Assembly: GCA_963575745.1 (NCBI GenBank)
Contig: CAUYUJ010000026.1
Coordinates: 496,001-560,000 of the forward strand
DNA: 64,000 bases
Direction of reading: 5' to 3'
Source of the DNA: Prorocentrum cordatum
Lineage: Eukaryota
This document shows positions 47,660-60,300 of this stretch, in pieces (within the stretch, counting starts at the first letter, position 1; the number at the start of each line of letters is the position of its first letter). Below the pieces are notes generated by a model. It was given only the letters and a program-made list of their open reading frames with translations. It had not been told where the DNA came from and did not search any database. The position numbers were made by a program, and so were the translations under genes.

Positions 47660-50105
47660 ATATCTAGTGCCGCGTTGACCATTGCGATGACACAATCGTT
47701 GTGCGTTGCTTCGGTTACAAGTGCGATCTACTGATCGCAAACACCCTCGTACCTGGAGCGTCATCGCGTTTTAAAGTCGGCTTGGTCAAGAGCATCGTAT
47801 TCAGGACCACTTGTAGACCAGCTTTGATCGGGATGATCGGGGGTGTGGGGGAAACAGTAGGAGAGGAGGATGAGAAGGAGGAGGATGAGGTGGGAGAGAA
47901 GGGGAGGAGGAGGCGGGGCATACCCCTGAGGAGGCGGAGGGGGACAACGCGGAGGAGGCAGCTGGCGGTGGAGTAGGCGGAGGAGGAGGAGGAAGTGGAG
48001 GAGAAGGTGGACGACGACGAGCAGCAGCAGTAGCAAGAGGAGCAGCACGAACAGGGTCGGCCAGGTCGTGATCGGGATCGCCTTGTGGAGCGGCCTGCAT
48101 CCAGAGACGGGAAGGCGCGCCGACGGCCTCCAGAGGCCCCCGGGGGCCCCCCTGGAGGCTACTTGGAGGCCTCCGAAGGCCTCCCCAAGGCCCCGAAGCT
48201 GCTCGCAGCGCCATAAAAACTTGCTCGCAGCGCCTCGATCCTCGAGCCTCGAACGTCGTGCCTCGTTCCTCGCGCCTCGCTCCTCGATCCTCGGGTCTCG
48301 ATCCCCCGCACGACCGAGGTGGCCGACCAGGTGTCGCCACAGGAGGAGCGCCCCCGAAGCCCAGGGGCGGGGAAGCAGGCCGGGCGGGCGGCGGTCTCGC
48401 TTCGAGGCGGCGTGCCGCTGGCCCTCTGCAGCCCTCGGTGGCCCGCGGGCCAGGGGAAGAGGGAGGAGGAGGAGGAGGAGGAGGAGGAGGAGGAGGAGGA
48501 GGAGGAGGAGGAGGAGACGCGTTGCGAGAGGAGGAGGAGGAGGAGGAGGAGGAGGAGGAGGAGCAGGAGACGCGTTGCGAGGGGAGGAGGAGGTGGAGGA
48601 GGATGGGGAGGAGGATAACCATGGTGATGAGGAGCAGGAGGAGGAGAAGCATGGCGAGGAGGATGAGGAGGAGGAGGAGGAGGAGGAGGAGGAGGAGGAG
48701 GAGGAGGGGCATGACGGGCGGGGGGGGGGGGGGGGCACGCCACGGGAGAAGCGTAAGCCCTGCAAAATGCAGGACCGAGTGCTGACCCGTGCAGGCGGGA
48801 TGGGGGACGTGCAGGCAGCACGAAAAGGGGGAAGCCCCTGCGGTCAGGAACTGGTGGGCGTGTTTTCCGCCACCACCACCCTAAGCAAGAGGAGGAGGGG
48901 GTCCTCCTCCTCCTGCTCCTCCTCCTCCTCCTCCTCTTCCTCCTCCTCCTCCTCCTCCTCCTCCTCGTCCTTCCCCACTCCAACTTGTGGTGGTGGTGGC
49001 GGTGGAAAACAAGCCCATCAGGAACTGCTGCTCAGCGTGTCGCGGCGGCGGTCCCAGAGGCACGCCGTGCCTTGCGAGTGGGCGGGAGGCTTGGACAAAT
49101 TCGGGACGCTGTCGCTCGGAGGCCAGGAAGTGGTTAGCGTGTCGTGCCGGGGCTTGGAGGGTCAGAACCGGCGGAGCGACACGTCAAGCCAACATTCCCG
49201 ACTTTATCACAGCGAGATCAGGATGCCCGGTGGGAGCTCGGGCTGCGGACCAGGAGGAGGAGGAGGAGGAGGAGGAAGAGAAGGAGGAGAAGGAGGAGGA
49301 GGAGGATGAGGAGAGTCGAGGACGAGGGGGAGGAGAAGGAAAGGAGGCGAGGGAAGATGAGCACGGAGGAGTAGCGAGGAAGAGGAGGAGGGATGAGGGA
49401 TGATGGAGGAAGAAGTCAGATACAGCCCTTGGATACGGTCGCTGTGGTAGGAAGGACTGCAGGCTCGCACTTGGGGTGCTCGGCTCTGGAGTGCACTGCC
49501 ATGGGGCAGATGGCTGACAAGAACGAGGCCATTCGGCAGGAGCACGAAAGGCAGACGGGAAGGAGAAGGAAAAGGAGGGCGGAGAAGAGGAGCAAGGTGA
49601 TGAGGAGGATTGGAAGGCGCAGGGGGATGCGGGGCGAAGACTGGGCGAACGGGGTGAAGGGGGATAGGCAGAGCATGAGGGGATGCTATATGTGGTGTCC
49701 AAAACCAAATAGGGGAGCCGTCCAACACAACATCCGGCGCGCTCGAAACCTTGTGGGGGGCGCTTCCACGGACGCTTGAAGTGATGTCTGGGGATCTTGA
49801 AAGCTCGAGAAAGGAGCTTCACAGGAGCCCAGGAAGGGGTTGCGAAGGAGCTGCGCAAAGGCTTGCGTCACACGGGCTGGGAACGAATAGGACAACGTCT
49901 TCGGGAGGACAAGCTGACACCTCCAGCGAGCCGCTGCGAGGCTCCATGCTCAGCAGCCGGGAGAGGACGCTGGGCTGCCCTGTGCTGCTGGCTTCGAATC
50001 CGAAGCCATCTTAGCTCTCCAGGGAGCTGTCCAGGAAACGGAGGGACGGCGGGGGCAGATGCGCGCGCCCATGACCTGACGAGGGTTCGTTGACATGTCG
50101 ACTTG

Positions 50106-50275
50106 ACGTGAGAGTGACCTTTCGCCGGAGTGACCTTTGGTGCGGGCCCAGTGGGGTCCCCCGATCGCCGAATGCGATGCCATAGTAGCGTCTTGCGCGC
50201 CTATGTTTGGTCCCACCGCGGCCCCCAAAAAGCCGCGCACCAAAGGTCACTCTTACCCAGGGTCACTCCTGCGTG
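50106..50275. mobile_element. MITE family D, copy 2
   Basis: Termini nearly identical to 39912-40079, same orientation. Confidence 0.8.
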
Positions 50276-52218
50276 AAGCCGAACATGGCGGTGCTCACGT
50301 CGCTCTCCACTGGCTGCCTGGTGCCGCGCCGGGCTCTGCTGGCGGCCTCGGCCACGGCAGAAGAGCCACGGCAGAAGAGCCACCGCCGCGCAGCATCCGA
50401 GGGTTCACGCGTGGTGAGTCGAGCTGGTTGGCTGGAGGAATAGGAGCAGCATTAGCAATAGGAGCAAGGCGGCGGGAAGGCGAGGGGAGAGGAGAAACGG
50501 AGCCCCGATCGGAACGGGTTCGTCTTCGTTCCAACTTGCTGCTGCTGCTGCTCCTCCTCCTTGGTCACCTCCCTTGTCTCTGTCCTCTCCCTCCCTTTCT
50601 GCCCTCCCTCCTCCCTTTTCCTGCCTCTCTCCCTCCTCGCTCCTCGCACGGTGAGCTCTTTTGGGGCCATGCCTCTCTTTTTGTCTTTTTTTCTCTGTCT
50701 GCTTCTGTTCTCGATCATCTAAGTTAGGATCAGAGATCGGCAAGCATGGTGTGTACGGATCGCTCCCATACCAGCGTTGAGCGAGCGAGCCTCGAACAGC
50801 AGGGGGGAAATAGGGAGAGAGAGAGAGAGAGGGGAGAGATGGATGCGAGAAAGAGAGGGGGATGGAAATAGGGATATACTGCATTGGCGCGTCGCGCCTT
50901 GCGCCTTGGTCCTTCAAGCTGGGCAGTTGTAGACCTTACGCGGTATCCTCTCCAAACCTGGTGATTTGGCAGTATCCTCTGGAATCACCTCCCTCATTTC
51001 GTTGTTTATCTTTTCCTCGCTGATCCAGTTTCGTGCGCCACCCGCTATTTTCTCATGTTGCGTTTAGACTGGGATGTTGCGGCGGGACCGACCTCGTGGC
51101 GACGAGGCAGCCACTGGACACCCCAAAAGAGATTCGAGTGTCGAATTTCGAACCTAAGGAGCCGTGCCGTGTTCTCTCGTCCCTGCGAAGGTTCGTGTCG
51201 TAACGTCCAGGGCACCATTTGGATTATCAGGCCTGTGCGGTCTCAACATCTCGGTATTGGGGCGCACTGCGTGTGATTGCTCTGGGTCGTATGTCCTCCG
51301 AGCTGCGCGTATCCACTGGAAGAGCGCGGCACTGCACTGGAGCGGAGTACCTCCCGCCTTCTCATCCGCTTCGTCCTCGGTCGCGTCCTTCGTCTTTCCA
51401 TTCGTTGACCTGCATTCCCGCATTCTCCCCCTCCTCTCCTTCCTCAATCCACCCCCTCCCCCTCCAACTTGCTTTCCATATTGGTCGACCTTTGGCGACC
51501 GCTGTAGGCAATACCTCGGCAAGGCCGTCTTGAGGCCTCTTGGGTGGCTCCTGGGGGTCTTTGGGGGGGCCTCTTTGGGGCCTCTTGGAGGTCTCTTCGG
51601 GCCTCCTGGGGGCCTCTTGGGGCAGAAGGCCCGAAACGTTCGTTCGGGTGGCTCGTCTGGATCCGTGTTGGAGCCGTTTTGGGGGGGGGGCGTCGTCGGC
51701 CGTCGTCGAAGCCTCTTGGACCGTGCTCGGGCCGTCTTGGGACCATTTGGGGCGGTCTTGGGGCTGCTTTGGGGGCCTTTTGCGGCCGTCCTGAAGCGAT
51801 CCGGGGGGCGTCACGGGCCGTCTTGGGGCGATTTGGGGAGCCTTCTGTGCCGTCTTTGGGTCGATTTGGAGGGTCACACCCTTCAAACACCCTAGAGAAA
51901 TGAGTGCATTTTGCCTCGTGGGGCCGTCTTGGGAGGCCTCTTGGAAGTCTCTTGGGGCGTCTTGGAACCATGGTAGGGCGTCTGAGGGGTGTCTCGGGCC
52001 ATCGTGGAGCCGACTGAGGCCATCTTGGAGCGCTCTGGGGCCGTGTGGGAGCCCCCCGCAATTCTCGGGGTGCCGTCTGCAGGGGCGTCCAAGGGGCCCC
52101 GCCGGCCAGGGATCCAGGGGGTCCAGAGGGTCGGGGGGGCCCGGGATTGGGGGGGTCCGATTTCCGGAGGGGGTCCTGGGTAATAAGAATATTTGGATGG
52201 AAATAATGAGAGAGAGAG

Positions 52219-52253
<35 letters not shown>

Positions 52254-54236
52254 GAGAGAGATATAGGGAGAGAAAGAGAGAGAGGGAGAGAGAGAGAGAG
52301 AGAGACAGAGATAGAGAGAGAGGGAGGGAGGGAGGAAGGGAGGAAGAGGGAGAGAGAGGGGTCCAGATGAGGGGCGGGGGACCAGGAAGAGAATGAGGGA
52401 GAGGAGGGGAGGATGAAGAGGGAGCGGGGAAGAGGAGGACAAGGGGGGGGCAGGGAGAGGGGGCGGAGTAGGAGAATGAGGAGGAGGAGGCGGAGGAAGA
52501 AGAGGAGGAGGAGGAGGAGAGAGGAGCAGGGGAGGTAGAAGATGGGGAATCCCCCCTTCCGGGAGGTGGAGGAGGGGAGGAGTCGGAGGCGGCAGCCAGG
52601 ACCATGATAAGGACTCGGGGGTGAGGGGCCTCCTCATCCCAGGATCTGCAACTCTCCTACACGGTGAACGTCGGCAGCGGCTGCAAGAGCCCCACGTGGA
52701 AGGCGCTTGGCGGGTCCACGCTGGAGCGGGGCAAAGGGGGGGGGGGAAGTAGTGCGGAGTAGGAGAATGGCGGAGAGCACGAGGAGGAGCAGGAAGGAGG
52801 AGGAGGAGGCCGATGAGGAGGAGGAAGAGGAGGTGTAGAAGGACAAGGAAGAGGAGGGCGAGGTCAGGAAGAGCAGGATCAGGAGATTGAGGAGATTTCC
52901 CTTGCCAATCGGTGGCTGTGTCCTCCCGCGAGGAGTTGGTCGTTGGCCTTCCCTTGGGATGCCGAGGACAAAAACAAATCAAGCTCCGACGGGCAGGCAC
53001 CCCTCCGTTGGCGCGTCAAGGACGGTCGGGCCGTGCGCTCAGCTCCCCCCACAAAGTGAGGCACGCGCAGGGGCTGAGGCTGATGCTCCTCCTTCTCCCT
53101 GTGCGCGAGTTCAGGCCTTTGCCCGTGTGCTACGCTCCTGGACGCCGCCCGACCTCTTTCGCCGCGGTCGCGATCAACAATCAAAAATGGGCTGAGGCTG
53201 ACGAGCGCGCGATCGGCACGGCGGCCTGTCACAATTTTTGGCGTCTGGGTGCCGTTTCTGGGCCCCAGGGCCGCCACCAAAGGCATGACTCGGGGTGTAA
53301 AAGCAAGGGTCGGGACTTCCAGGGGCACCGTGGTGAGAAGCGAGTTCACGACGCGGGTGGTCTGGAGTTCACAGCGCGGGAGGTCTGGGGATGGGGGGAG
53401 GGGATCGAGGATCTAGATTTTCTAACGTCTTTACCCCTTCCTTTACGCGTGCGGAGGTCTCCGGACAGCTTCGGAGGCCACAGAGGCCTCTGAGCAAGTC
53501 AGCAGGCCTCCTAGGGATCTTCGGAAAGAAGATTCCCCCCCCATCCTGGTGAGGGGGGAGCCGCGAGAATGAAACAGCAAGAGGGTCCGAGGTTTTTTGT
53601 TGCCACTTCGAGGGTGCGCTTCGTCTTCCCGGAGCTGGGTTCAAGACGAAAACTTGGTCAGAACGGGCCCCCTGCCCTAAGACGGGAGGGATGGACGAGG
53701 GGAGCTACAGGAGGAGGGCGTGATGGGAAGAGCAGGTGAGGGAGGAGGGGAAAGATGATACAAGGAGCAGGGGGGCGAGGATGAAGGGCTCGGGAGATGA
53801 GGGGGTGGCGGAGGAAGTTGTGCAGGAAGTCGATGAAAGGGAGGGGGTGGGGGAGGGCGAGGGAGGAGAGGAGGAGGCGGAGACGGAGGAGGGGGAGAAG
53901 GAGGTCGACGACGAACGAGGCGGTGGAGGTAGAGAAGGAGGAGGATGAGGAGGAGAGAAGAGGAGGAGCAGGAGGAGAAGGAGGTGGAGGAGGTGAAGCG
54001 AGGAAGGTGGAGGACACGGAGGGCGGGAAGGCGGGCGGGCGGGATGGTGAAAAGGAGGGGGAGATACGCAAGGGGAGGGAGGTGGGAGGATGCAGGAGTG
54101 TGAAGGCAGGACGTAGGAGGCAGGTGTCAGGGTGCGGCTTCCAAGAGAAAGGAGGAGGGGGCTGACACGATGTATATGTGGAAACATATGACCAGGACGA
54201 GTAAGAGTCAGGAGATACATAAATATGTGTGTATAC

Positions 54237-54278
<42 letters not shown>

Positions 54279-54927
54279 AGAGAGAGAGAGAGAGCCTGAA
54301 AGGGATTCCGCTGCAGCGGAGAACAGCCCATGACAGCACGTGCGACACAACAGCAAGGCGTAGCACAATCCGATAGCAAAGCCAGCGAGTCGTCCCCCTC
54401 ATTTTCGCAGTCCTCGGATCTCTACCTTTTTTCTCCCGCTGTCCCGCTCGCGCTCTGCACCGCGAACCCTTGCTTTGCTCCCGCTGTCACTCTCGCAGCG
54501 TTGTGCCGTGCTGTCGTTATTTGGCTCGGGCCTTTGAAGCAGAAGAAGAACAATACACAAAGAGAGTAGTTCTTCTCCCGGGGGGCCGCGCGAGGGCGTG
54601 AAGACAGTATATTCGCGCCTCGTTTCCCGCGCGGTGCGATGCAGGACGTATAGAGCATGCCATCTTGATCCCCAGATGCAGCGCCGCGTTGCAGAGCATC
54701 GTCGTCCACCGCGGCGGAGCCCCCCCCAAAAAGAAATTCAAGCAGGCACGCAAGCTCAGAGTCGAGGACTGCAGGTGCCGCAGCGCTGTCTCGAACACCC
54801 CGTGGGGCGCTCCAGAATCCCGTCGAGGATAGAGGCCGGACTGCGACAAATTGCGGGCGGCTCCGCCGGTGGGAGGCCGGCGGAAGCCAGCGGAAGTAAA
54901 CCCGTGCGTTCCCAGGAGATGACCTAT

Positions 54928-55856
54928 TCGGACGGGGCTAGGACGAGGTTAAATCCGTTCCAGAGCGTTCTGGGACGCTCTCAGGGCGTTCCAGAACGCT
55001 CCGAGAAGGCCCCGGCGCCCGAGGCATCCTCCCAAAGCCTCGGGATCTCCGAGATTCTCGATGCATATCCTTTACAGTATACCCGATGTCATCCTCGTCC
55101 TAGGTTCGTCTTACCTTCAGTGTTGTGCTTCCTGAGGAGGAGGAGGAGGAGGAGGAGGAGGAGGAGGAGGAGGAGGAGGAAGACGAGGACGAGGAGGAGG
55201 AGAGGGAGAGGAGGAGGCGAGGAGAGGGAGGAGGAGGAGGAGGAGGAGGAGGAGGAGGGGGAGGACGGGGAGGACGGGGAGGACGGGGAGGACGGGGAGG
55301 AGGAGGAGGAGGAGGAGGAGGAGGAGGAGGAGGAGGAGGAGGGCGAGGACGAGGAGGAGGAGGAGGACGAAGACGGGGAGGAGGAGGAGGAGGAGGAGGA
55401 GGAGAAGGAGGAGGAGGAGGACGCCCCCGCCCGTCGCTGCGCCTTCCGCGGCCCTCTGCCGAGGGGGGGAGGGTGGCCCCGGTCGGCCCTCCCCCCCTTG
55501 TCGAGGCCCGCCCCCAGGCAGCAGCTCCCGGGGCGAAGGGGGGGGAGGCGAGGCGCGATCGCTCCCCGAGGCTCGGGGCCGTCGAAGTGGAGGGGGGGAG
55601 GATGAAATCGGGTAAGGGTCCCACCGGGTGAGGATAAAAAAAGGCGGGTAATGATAACACATCGGGGAGGATCAGGTCGGGGTAATACGAAGCCAGGGCG
55701 AGGATAACATCGGGTAAGGATATACATCGAGAATCTCTGAGATCCGACGGCTCCGGAGGCTGCCTCGGGCGCTGCGGCCTTCTCGGAGCGTTCCGGAACG
55801 TTCTGAGAGCGTTCCGGAAGGCTTTGGAACGGAGTTCTCGTCTTAGCCCCGTCCGA
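54928..55856. mobile_element. Inverted pair of ~190-bp repeats enclosing a (GAG)n tract (long-TIR element or two opposed copies)
   Basis: TCGGACGGGGCTAGGACGAG...TTCGTCTTACC (54928-55115) against its reverse complement at 55680-55856. A third arm-like copy lies at ~21440-21582. Confidence 0.75.
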
Positions 55857-57008
55857 TAAGGGGGAGGAGGGACAGTGAGGAGGTTGCGCATCATGGCTGG
55901 AGCCAGCATTGGCAAGTGTGCCACGCGGGAGCTGAGCAGACGAGCGGCGTGGCCACGCGCTCGCAGGGAGCACGTGCACGGAGCTCGACGTAAGCAGCCC
56001 ATCGCGCCTTCAGACTTGCAGTAGGGATCTTAGCATGACCTGGGGCACGAAAGAACACGTGGCCGTGGGCACGCCGTGCCGCGTCACACGTGGTTGGTGT
56101 GCGCGCTCGCGCGTTCGCAGGCGCACATGTGTCGGTCCGCGGACGCCAGGGTGCACGGGACGGTCACGCGCTGGTCAAAACGAGCGCTGGGCTGCACCGG
56201 AAGCTGATCCAGGCACGGCGCGAAAGAGCAAGAGACGAGAGCGGAGACAGAGACGGGGCCCGATCAGACCGTGAAGGTCGGCGCGGGAGTGCCGGGAGGG
56301 CGTGCTTCGCAGGCGCACGCGCGCAGGGCCATGTCATTTCGCTTCCACGGCCCCGAGAGGCGAACAGCGGTACCCATAGTTGAAGGTAGGAGTTCTGCAC
56401 TCCCAGACTTATTACTTTAGCCTTGACCACCAAGAAGAATTTCGAGCACCAGAAAAATACCGAAACTCTAGCGTTTTTCACGTGTCGGGCCCTGGGAGAC
56501 GCTATTTCGACACTGTTTCGACACTCTTTCGACATTTTTCCGCGTGCTCGAAATTATTTCTGGGAGGTGGTCCTTAAGTACGATGGAAGCGACATAATCC
56601 CAGACGTCAATCTACTTCGGGCGCCTTCCGCTCTCAGTGGTCTTCCCTCCCCTTCCGGGGGGGGCGGACGGAGATCCAATATTCTTCCCAAGGCTGGGAA
56701 ACTTCGAGGCAGAAGACGATGCGGGAGGGGCAGGGAAATGGGGAGCAGAGGACAAGGAACAGGGGGAGTGGGTGGGGGGCGAGGGAAGAGTCACAGCCGC
56801 AGCGAGCACTCCTATCTGTGGAGCCCTTCTCCGGGCGTGCGCCTAGAACGCATCTTGCTCTTGCCTACCCGTTCATGTGCGCCGCTGGGCGAACTGAGCG
56901 TCGCGTGAAAAGCGCCCGTCTGAAAGGCTGGATGATCGTATCTGACGGGGCAGTTGGACGGTGCATGAGGAGCACGGCGAGGGGCAAGAGGGGTGCATCG
57001 TAGGATGT

Positions 57009-57042
57009 GTAGCCGTTCCGGCTCAGGCTGTCGTGGCTCAGG
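57009..57042 (+). other. Two tandem relict dinoflagellate spliced-leader sequences upstream of RPS30
   Basis: GTAGCCGTTCCGGCTCAGG (57009-57027) matches GTAGCCATTTTGGCTCAAG at 15/19, all mismatches transitions. It is followed directly by CTGTCGTGGCTCAGG (57028-57042), 10/15 to CCATTTTGGCTCAAG. Confidence 0.85.
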
Positions 57043-57091
57043 CCGGCGTTTGACCCGAGCGGCGCCGCCAGGAGGGGCCCCCGCAGCGGAG

Positions 57092-57277
57092 ATGGGCAAG
57101 GTCCACGGAAGCCTGGCGCGCGCCGGCAAGGTCAAGAACCAGACCCCGAAGGTCGCGAAGGCGGAGAAGAAGAAGGTCCTGACGGGCAGGGCCAAGAAGC
57201 GGTTGGTGTACAACCGCCGCTTCGTCACCGTCGTGAAGGGCGGGCCGAAGCGCGGGCCGAACTCCAACCAGAAGTGA
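57092..57277 (+). CDS. RPS30: 40S ribosomal protein S30 (eS30), intronless, no ubiquitin-like fusion
   Basis: ATG at 57092 to TGA at 57277 reads [61 protein letters not shown]. This carries the universal eS30 signature [18 protein letters not shown]...YNRRF...GPNS. Third codon positions are strongly G/C biased. Confidence 0.97.
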   Translation: MGKVHGSLARAGKVKNQTPKVAKAEKKKVLTGRAKKRLVYNRRFVTVVKGGPKRGPNSNQK

Positions 57278-57561
57278 GAGCGGCTGGCCGGCGGCAGGCG
57301 GATCTAAGCCCGCGGCGCGAGCCCTCGACCTTTGCCATGCGGCGCGACGAGGGGGGGAAGCCAGACAGGGCGGGCCTTCGGAGCAGGCTCGGTGGCCTCC
57401 GAGGCCCCGCCGCGTTCCGAGAAGGCCCGCCTCCTCTGGCCTCCCCCGCTTGGGCGCGCCAGCGCCCTGCGGCGCCGCTCTGCGGCGAGCGGCGCGCCTT
57501 CCTCGCGTGCCCCTCCCTCGTCCTTCGAGGACGCCAGGCGCCTCCTCAAACAGTTGCCTCA

Positions 57562-57843
57562 GTATCCTTGGACCGGTCCCTCTCCAGATTCCCATCACCA
57601 TCCCGATCCCCATTTTTTTTTACAAGCGCGAAGGAGCCCTATGGCGAGGAGGGGGAAGGGAGGGATGAACAGCGGGGGAGGAGCGCGCCCCAGCACGCGC
57701 CCGATCCCCACCATCCCACCCTTCCAGTGGGGGATGTGCCCCTCGAAGCCCGAAGGGAGCCGCCTATATCCCCATCTCGGGGGTTAAATCGGCCAGTGGG
57801 GCCTAGGTCACGCCAGGGGGGATAGGGATCGGTTATACGGCAC
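57562..57843. mobile_element. MITE family C, copy 2 (longer, more diverged)
   Basis: Shares CCCCTCGAA.CCCGAAGGGA, ATCGGCCAGTGGGGCC and GGGATCGGTTA with copy 1. Flanks are TCA and TCG. Confidence 0.75.
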
Positions 57844-59724
57844 TCGTTGCCGAGGGGAGAGGACAGGGACACATCGTGGGTGAGCGATTGTTATCTGGAA
57901 CCGTCCAGGCTGTTCGCGCGGGCTGGCAGGCAGAGGGGCGGGGCGGGAGGACCTTTCGTGGGGGGGGGTGGTCTCTCGACGCAGGAGTAGCGAGGTTGCT
58001 TTCCTCCTGTGGGGTCTGTCAGAGATGCTTAGACCGATCCCACTGGTGCAGATTGCCGTGTCCCTGCTGCGAACGCATTGCCAGTGGAGACCGTGACAGG
58101 ATCTTGACGCAGGGAGGAGGGAGGTTGCTCGCGCGCCCATCCTGGGCGCTTGTTGGGCGCCTAACCTGGTGCAGGTATGCAGTTGGCGTCTTTCTACCCT
58201 GCGATCCGACGTTGCGAAAAAATGCGACAGCATCGCGAGACATCATGACCCGAGACCTAGACCCCATCTCTCTGCGGCGCATGTCAAGCCGGACCGATAT
58301 GTGATGGCCCCGGGGCCCGAGACGGGGCAAGACCGCCCGCTGTGCAAATGCTGCGACCCCAGGGATCTCAGGGACCTCCGGCCCCCTCGCCCCGAGACCT
58401 GGTACCTCATCGACGAGGACAGCCCGCTCGCGACCCCCACGAGCGTGTACCAGACCTCGCAGGCCGCGGCGTGGGTCGACGGCATCTGGCTGCGGCCCGG
58501 GGACAACATGCCAGAGCCGGGGAGGGGCCGGGGCAGCGGAGATGGCAGCACCCTCAAGGGTGTTCGCGGTTCGGTCGGTTCGGTTTGCGTCGCTGTCGGT
58601 TGCGTTCGGTCGAATCGGTTCGGGCGGTTATCGTGTCGCTGCCGCGTCGCTGCGCCCTTCCGGGCTGCAAGCGGCCTGTCGAGGTCGGTCGGTGTCGGTT
58701 GCGCTGTCGGTTCGGTTCGGTCTTGCTGTCGCCGTGCACGGCCTCGGGGAAGCGGTGATGGCAGCATCCTCATGGGCAGGATATGGGCGGGGGAAGGGAG
58801 TTGTGTTGCCTTTTTGCGTTTTGGGTGTCCTGGTCATCGCCGCGGCCAAGGCGGAGGCAAGTACGGCCAAGGCGCTCATGAGATGCTCTGGTTTTCGGGC
58901 CGTTTCTTAGATCCAGGTCGTGAAACCCATTCGTGGACGAGGTCAGCCGTGGCCAAAAAAGCCCCTCCCTTCAAACTGGGTGTTACCCAAGTTTGTACGA
59001 TGACTCTAGGGAGGGGGGGAACGAGGAACAGAAGCATCAGGAGGTAAGGCCATGTAAGGCCCACATCCCTCTGATTGTGTCTTTTTCACAATGTGGACCC
59101 CCAGAGGTGTAGACCCTTTCCCGGGGGTCAGTTTTGCATGCCGGGCTGTTTTTTTCCTGGCTGCCGGGGATGGCCCCTGGGTCCCAGGGGGCGATATTTT
59201 GGAAACCAATTTCGACGTTGATCTGTCTTGACGAGAGGAGGTGCACGAGGGAGGATGGGGTGGTGGGGAGAGAAGGAAAAGGATGAGAAGGAGGAGGAGG
59301 AGGAAGAGGAGGAGGAGGATTACTTGATCACTTCGCTATACGCGGGAGGCTGGGACGGGAGGGAGGACGGAAGCGACAGGCAAGCCAGCCCGCCAGACGG
59401 CCAACCACTCCCAGGGGAGTAAATAACCACCCGCCCCGCCGGGCACGAACACTGCCTCCCCCCCTCACAGTCGAAACCTCATAGGTCTTCGTAAGAACCC
59501 TCACAGCAGCACCAGCCCTTTCCGGCTGTGCCAGATTCGCCGATTTTGGCGCGGCCAGGAGGCTCCAAATGTGGGACTCGCCGACATGATTCGAATGCAA
59601 TGAGACCATGTCCTGGGTGCAGGAGGTGCTGAATCAGTTGCGTCATAAATCAACCGCCTCCAGTTTGGGCTTCAAGCCTGAAAGTTGTTTTGCTGCCTTC
59701 CTCGTGCTAGAGGAGGTTCGGCAG

Positions 59725-59958
59725 AGGAGGAGGAGGAGGAGGAGGAGGAGCAGGAGAAGGTGGAGGAGGAGGAGGAGGAGGAGGAGGAGGGGGAGCAGGA
59801 GAAGGAGGAGGGAGGAAGGAACGCAGACGGAAGGAAGGAGCAGCCGAAGGAAGGAGTCGACAGCGGGCCGCCCTATGTGTGCGGAAGAAATGAGCAGGAG
59901 GAGGAAATGGATGATGATGATAATGCTGCTGATGATGATGATGCTGGTGATGATGATT

Positions 59959-60039
<81 letters not shown>

Positions 60040-60300
60040 GTGATGGTGATGATGTTGATGGCGATGGTGATGGTGATGATGTTGATGGCGATGGTGATGG
60101 TGATGGTGATGGTGATGGTGATGGTGATGGTGATGGTGATGGTGATGGTGATGGTGATTATGATGGTGATGATGATTATACTGATGATGATCATGACGCT
60201 GATGATGATGCTGATGATGATGATTATGAGGAGGAGGAGGAGGAGGAGGACGAGGAGGAGGAGGAGGAGGAGGAGGAGGAGGAGGAGCAGGAGGGAGGAG
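59725..60300. repeat. Compound (GGA)n-(GAT)n-(GGTGAT)n-(GGA)n tract
   Basis: Direct observation. Confidence 0.92.

Noticed and set aside
56993..57091. N-terminal extension of eS30 suggested by the ORF track
   Set aside because: It starts at a non-ATG codon and spans the SL relicts and 5' UTR; homology begins at ATG 57092.
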